Shown here: piece by piece, positions 21,773 through 23,413 of the stretch | Position numbering within the stretch: position 1 is the first letter of the stretch | How the letters are laid out: every line of letters begins with the position of its first letter | Assembly: GCA_038999215.1 (NCBI GenBank) | Contig: JAWABM010000007.1 | Span: forward strand, 9,580 to 32,992 | DNA length: 23,413 bases | Origin: Candidatus Aenigmatarchaeota archaeon | Lineage (GTDB): Archaea > Aenigmatarchaeota > Aenigmatarchaeia > Aenigmatarchaeales > JACQIB01 | Direction: 5' to 3' | Position numbers and translations under genes: made by a program | The notes under the pieces: model-generated | Database searches by the model: none | Seen by the model: only the letters and a program-made list of their open reading frames with translations | Told to the model about the DNA's origin: nothing

Positions 21773-23212
21773 ATGAACTATCTGGAAATAGGGTTCAAAT
21801 GCGGGATAGAGATACACAACCGCCTGGCAACAGGCGGGAAGCTGTTCTGCGGCTGCGCCGCGCGCTTTTCGCAGGAGCCGGCGAAGCTCGCGGTCAGAAG
21901 GAAGCTGCGCGCCGTGGCCGGCGAAATGGGCGAGGTGGACGTCGCGGCGGCGTTCGAGTACCTGAAGGACAAGACGTTCACCTACCATGCTTTTCCGAAG
22001 GAGTCGTGCCTTGTCGAACTGGACGACGAACCACCGCATAATATCAACGCGGAGGCCATGCTCGTTGCGCTGCAGGTGGCGAAGATGCTGCGGGCGAAGA
22101 TACCGGACGAGATACACATCATGAGAAAAACCGTCGTGGACGGCTCGAACACGTCGGCTTTCCAGCGCACGGCGCTCGTTGGCGTGGACGGCGTTCTCGA
22201 GACTAGCAAGGGGCCGGTCGGCATAGCGAACATCTCGCTCGAGGAGGAATCCTGCGGAATAATAGGGGAGAAGGACGGAGATTTCCGTCTGGACAGGCTG
22301 GGGATACCGCTCATAGAGATAGGCACGCACGCCGACATAATCGACCCGGAGCATGCCCGCGAGGTCGCGGAGAAGCTCGGGATGATAGTGCGCTCCACAG
22401 GCAAGTCCCAGCGCGGCATAGGGGTGACGCGGCAGGACGTGAACGTCTCTGTGAAGGGCGGGGCCCGCGTCGAGATAAAGGGCTTCCAGGAGCTGGACAT
22501 GATACCGAAGGTGATAGAGAAGGAGGTCGAGCGCCAGCTGGCGATGATAAAGGCCGGCAAGAAGCCGCAGGAGGAAACGCGGCTCGCGAAGGCAGACGGG
22601 ACGACGGAATACATGAGGCCTTTGCCTGGAGGGGAAAGAATGTATCCCGAGACGGACGTGAGGCCGTTCGTGGTTACGCCCGGCATGCTTAGCGCGGTAA
22701 GGCTGCCAGAGACCTGGGAAGCGAAGAAGGAAAGGCTGGCAAAGCTGATGCCAGCCGACGTGGCCGAGCAGATAATCAAGAGCGAATACTTGGCGCTCTT
22801 TGAAGAACTGGCGAAAAAGCACGACCCCAAGGTCGTTGCTACGACATTGACATCGACGGTAAAGGACATGAGAAGGAAGGGCATACCCACCGATAATCTC
22901 GAGGACAGGCACTTCGAATCAATATTCTCGGCGCTTGCGAAAGGAGTGGTTTCGAAGGAGGCGCTCCCGGCGTTGATGGAGTTCTTTGCGCGCAAGCCAG
23001 AGGAGACGATGGAGAACGCACTGAAAGGCCTGGACCTGGGGATGATGAGCGACGACGTTCTCAGGAAGATAGTGCGCGAAGTGATAGCGAAGAACCCTGC
23101 GCATGCAAAGGCAAAGAACGTCGGGCCGCTCATGGGCGACGTGATGAAGCTCGCGCGCGGCAAGGCCGACGGCGCGAAGGTCGCGAAGATCCTGAAGGAG
23201 GAGCTGGGCTAA
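21773..23212 (+). CDS. gatE: Glutamyl-tRNA(Gln) amidotransferase subunit E, lacking the AspRS-like insertion domain
   Basis: GFKCGIEIH.RL..GKLFC, CLVELDDEPPH, MRKTVVDGSNTSAFQRT, RLDRLGIPLIEIGT, RGIGVTRQDVNVS, MRPLPGGERMYPETD and a C-terminal YqeY-like tail (GPLMGDVMKLARGKADG). Only 479 aa. Confidence 0.95.
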   Translation: MNYLEIGFKCGIEIHNRLATGGKLFCGCAARFSQEPAKLAVRRKLRAVAGEMGEVDVAAAFEYLKDKTFTYHAFPKESCLVELDDEPPHNINAEAMLVALQVAKMLRAKIPDEIHIMRKTVVDGSNTSAFQRTALVGVDGVLETSKGPVGIANISLEEESCGIIGEKDGDFRLDRLGIPLIEIGTHADIIDPEHAREVAEKLGMIVRSTGKSQRGIGVTRQDVNVSVKGGARVEIKGFQELDMIPKVIEKEVERQLAMIKAGKKPQEETRLAKADGTTEYMRPLPGGERMYPETDVRPFVVTPGMLSAVRLPETWEAKKERLAKLMPADVAEQIIKSEYLALFEELAKKHDPKVVATTLTSTVKDMRRKGIPTDNLEDRHFESIFSALAKGVVSKEALPALMEFFARKPEETMENALKGLDLGMMSDDVLRKIVREVIAKNPAHAKAKNVGPLMGDVMKLARGKADGAKVAKILKEELG

Positions 23213-23413
23213 ATATCGACAACGAACCTTTCCTGCTTTCTCTTCAGCTTTCCGTCAGGCATCATCTCTATGAATCCGCATTTCTGCATGAACGATATAT
23301 ACTTGCTGATGTTGGCAGGGTGTATTTTCAGCCTCCTTGCCATCTCTATCGGCGTGAACTTTCCATTGCTCATCTTCAGCATTTCCATCATGTGCTTGCT
23401 CTTCATCACTATT
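23209..23413 (-). CDS. Winged-helix (ArsR/HTH-like) domain protein, C-terminal part; 5' end probably outside the window
   Basis: FTPIEMARRLKIHPANISKYISFMQKCGFIE fits a wHTH pattern. The frame is open to the window edge. Confidence 0.65.
   Translation of the reverse strand, partial: IVMKSKHMMEMLKMSNGKFTPIEMARRLKIHPANISKYISFMQKCGFIEMMPDGKLKRKQERFVVDI

Noticed and set aside
21588..21776. 62-aa track ORF between gatD and gatE
   Set aside because: Wrong frame. The SemiSWEET frame 21496-21771 carries clear family motifs.
6609..23163. Long opposite-strand or alternate-frame ORFs over nre, MFS, rli, gatD and gatE (e.g. 6609..7925, 9093..10067, 19037..20887, 20581..21489, 21752..22912, 21982..23163)
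   Set aside because: They overlap confidently identified genes, have biased Arg/Gly/Ala or Ser/Phe composition, and show no family motifs.
1..23413. CRISPR arrays, IS/transposases, integrases, rRNA or tRNA genes
   Set aside because: No regularly spaced repeats, terminal inverted repeats, recombinase motifs or RNA-gene consensus seen by eye. Intergenic gaps are nearly all under about 100 bp.

Overview
GC-rich archaeal chromosomal window, mostly information-processing genes. The compact gene set would fit a DPANN-type lineage such as Aenigmarchaeota, but that is inference and cannot be checked here. The left part (minus strand) is the conserved exosome/proteasome/RNase P superoperon in canonical order: rpl15e-rpp30-pop5-psmA-SBDS-rrp4-rrp41-rrp42 (partial). 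A two-gene insert lies between pop5 and psmA: a cytoplasmic transglutaminase-like (BTLCP/C93-like) Cys-His protein, translationally coupled to a small Cys-rich ORF that carries an in-frame UGA and is missed by the ORF track. Next come a small membrane protein, a Nre DNA-repair gene coupled to an SplB-like radical SAM gene, an MFS transporter, ychF, alaX, a NusA-like KH protein, ABCE1, an orphan and apparently 5'-eroded ABC-2 permease, a PAP2 phosphatase and a HemK/Mtq2 methyltransferase. After these are a large membrane-anchored surface protein, a shortened DRG-type GTPase with degenerate motifs, two small hypothetical genes and gatD. A SemiSWEET gene, also missed by the ORF track, has no canonical start and apparently begins at AUU. 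It precedes a GatE lacking its AspRS-like insertion domain and a partial wHTH gene. Many genes appear leaderless, with TATA boxes about 23-31 nt upstream of the ATG. One TATA box sits exactly symmetrically between two divergent genes. No tRNA, rRNA, CRISPR array or mobile element was seen.
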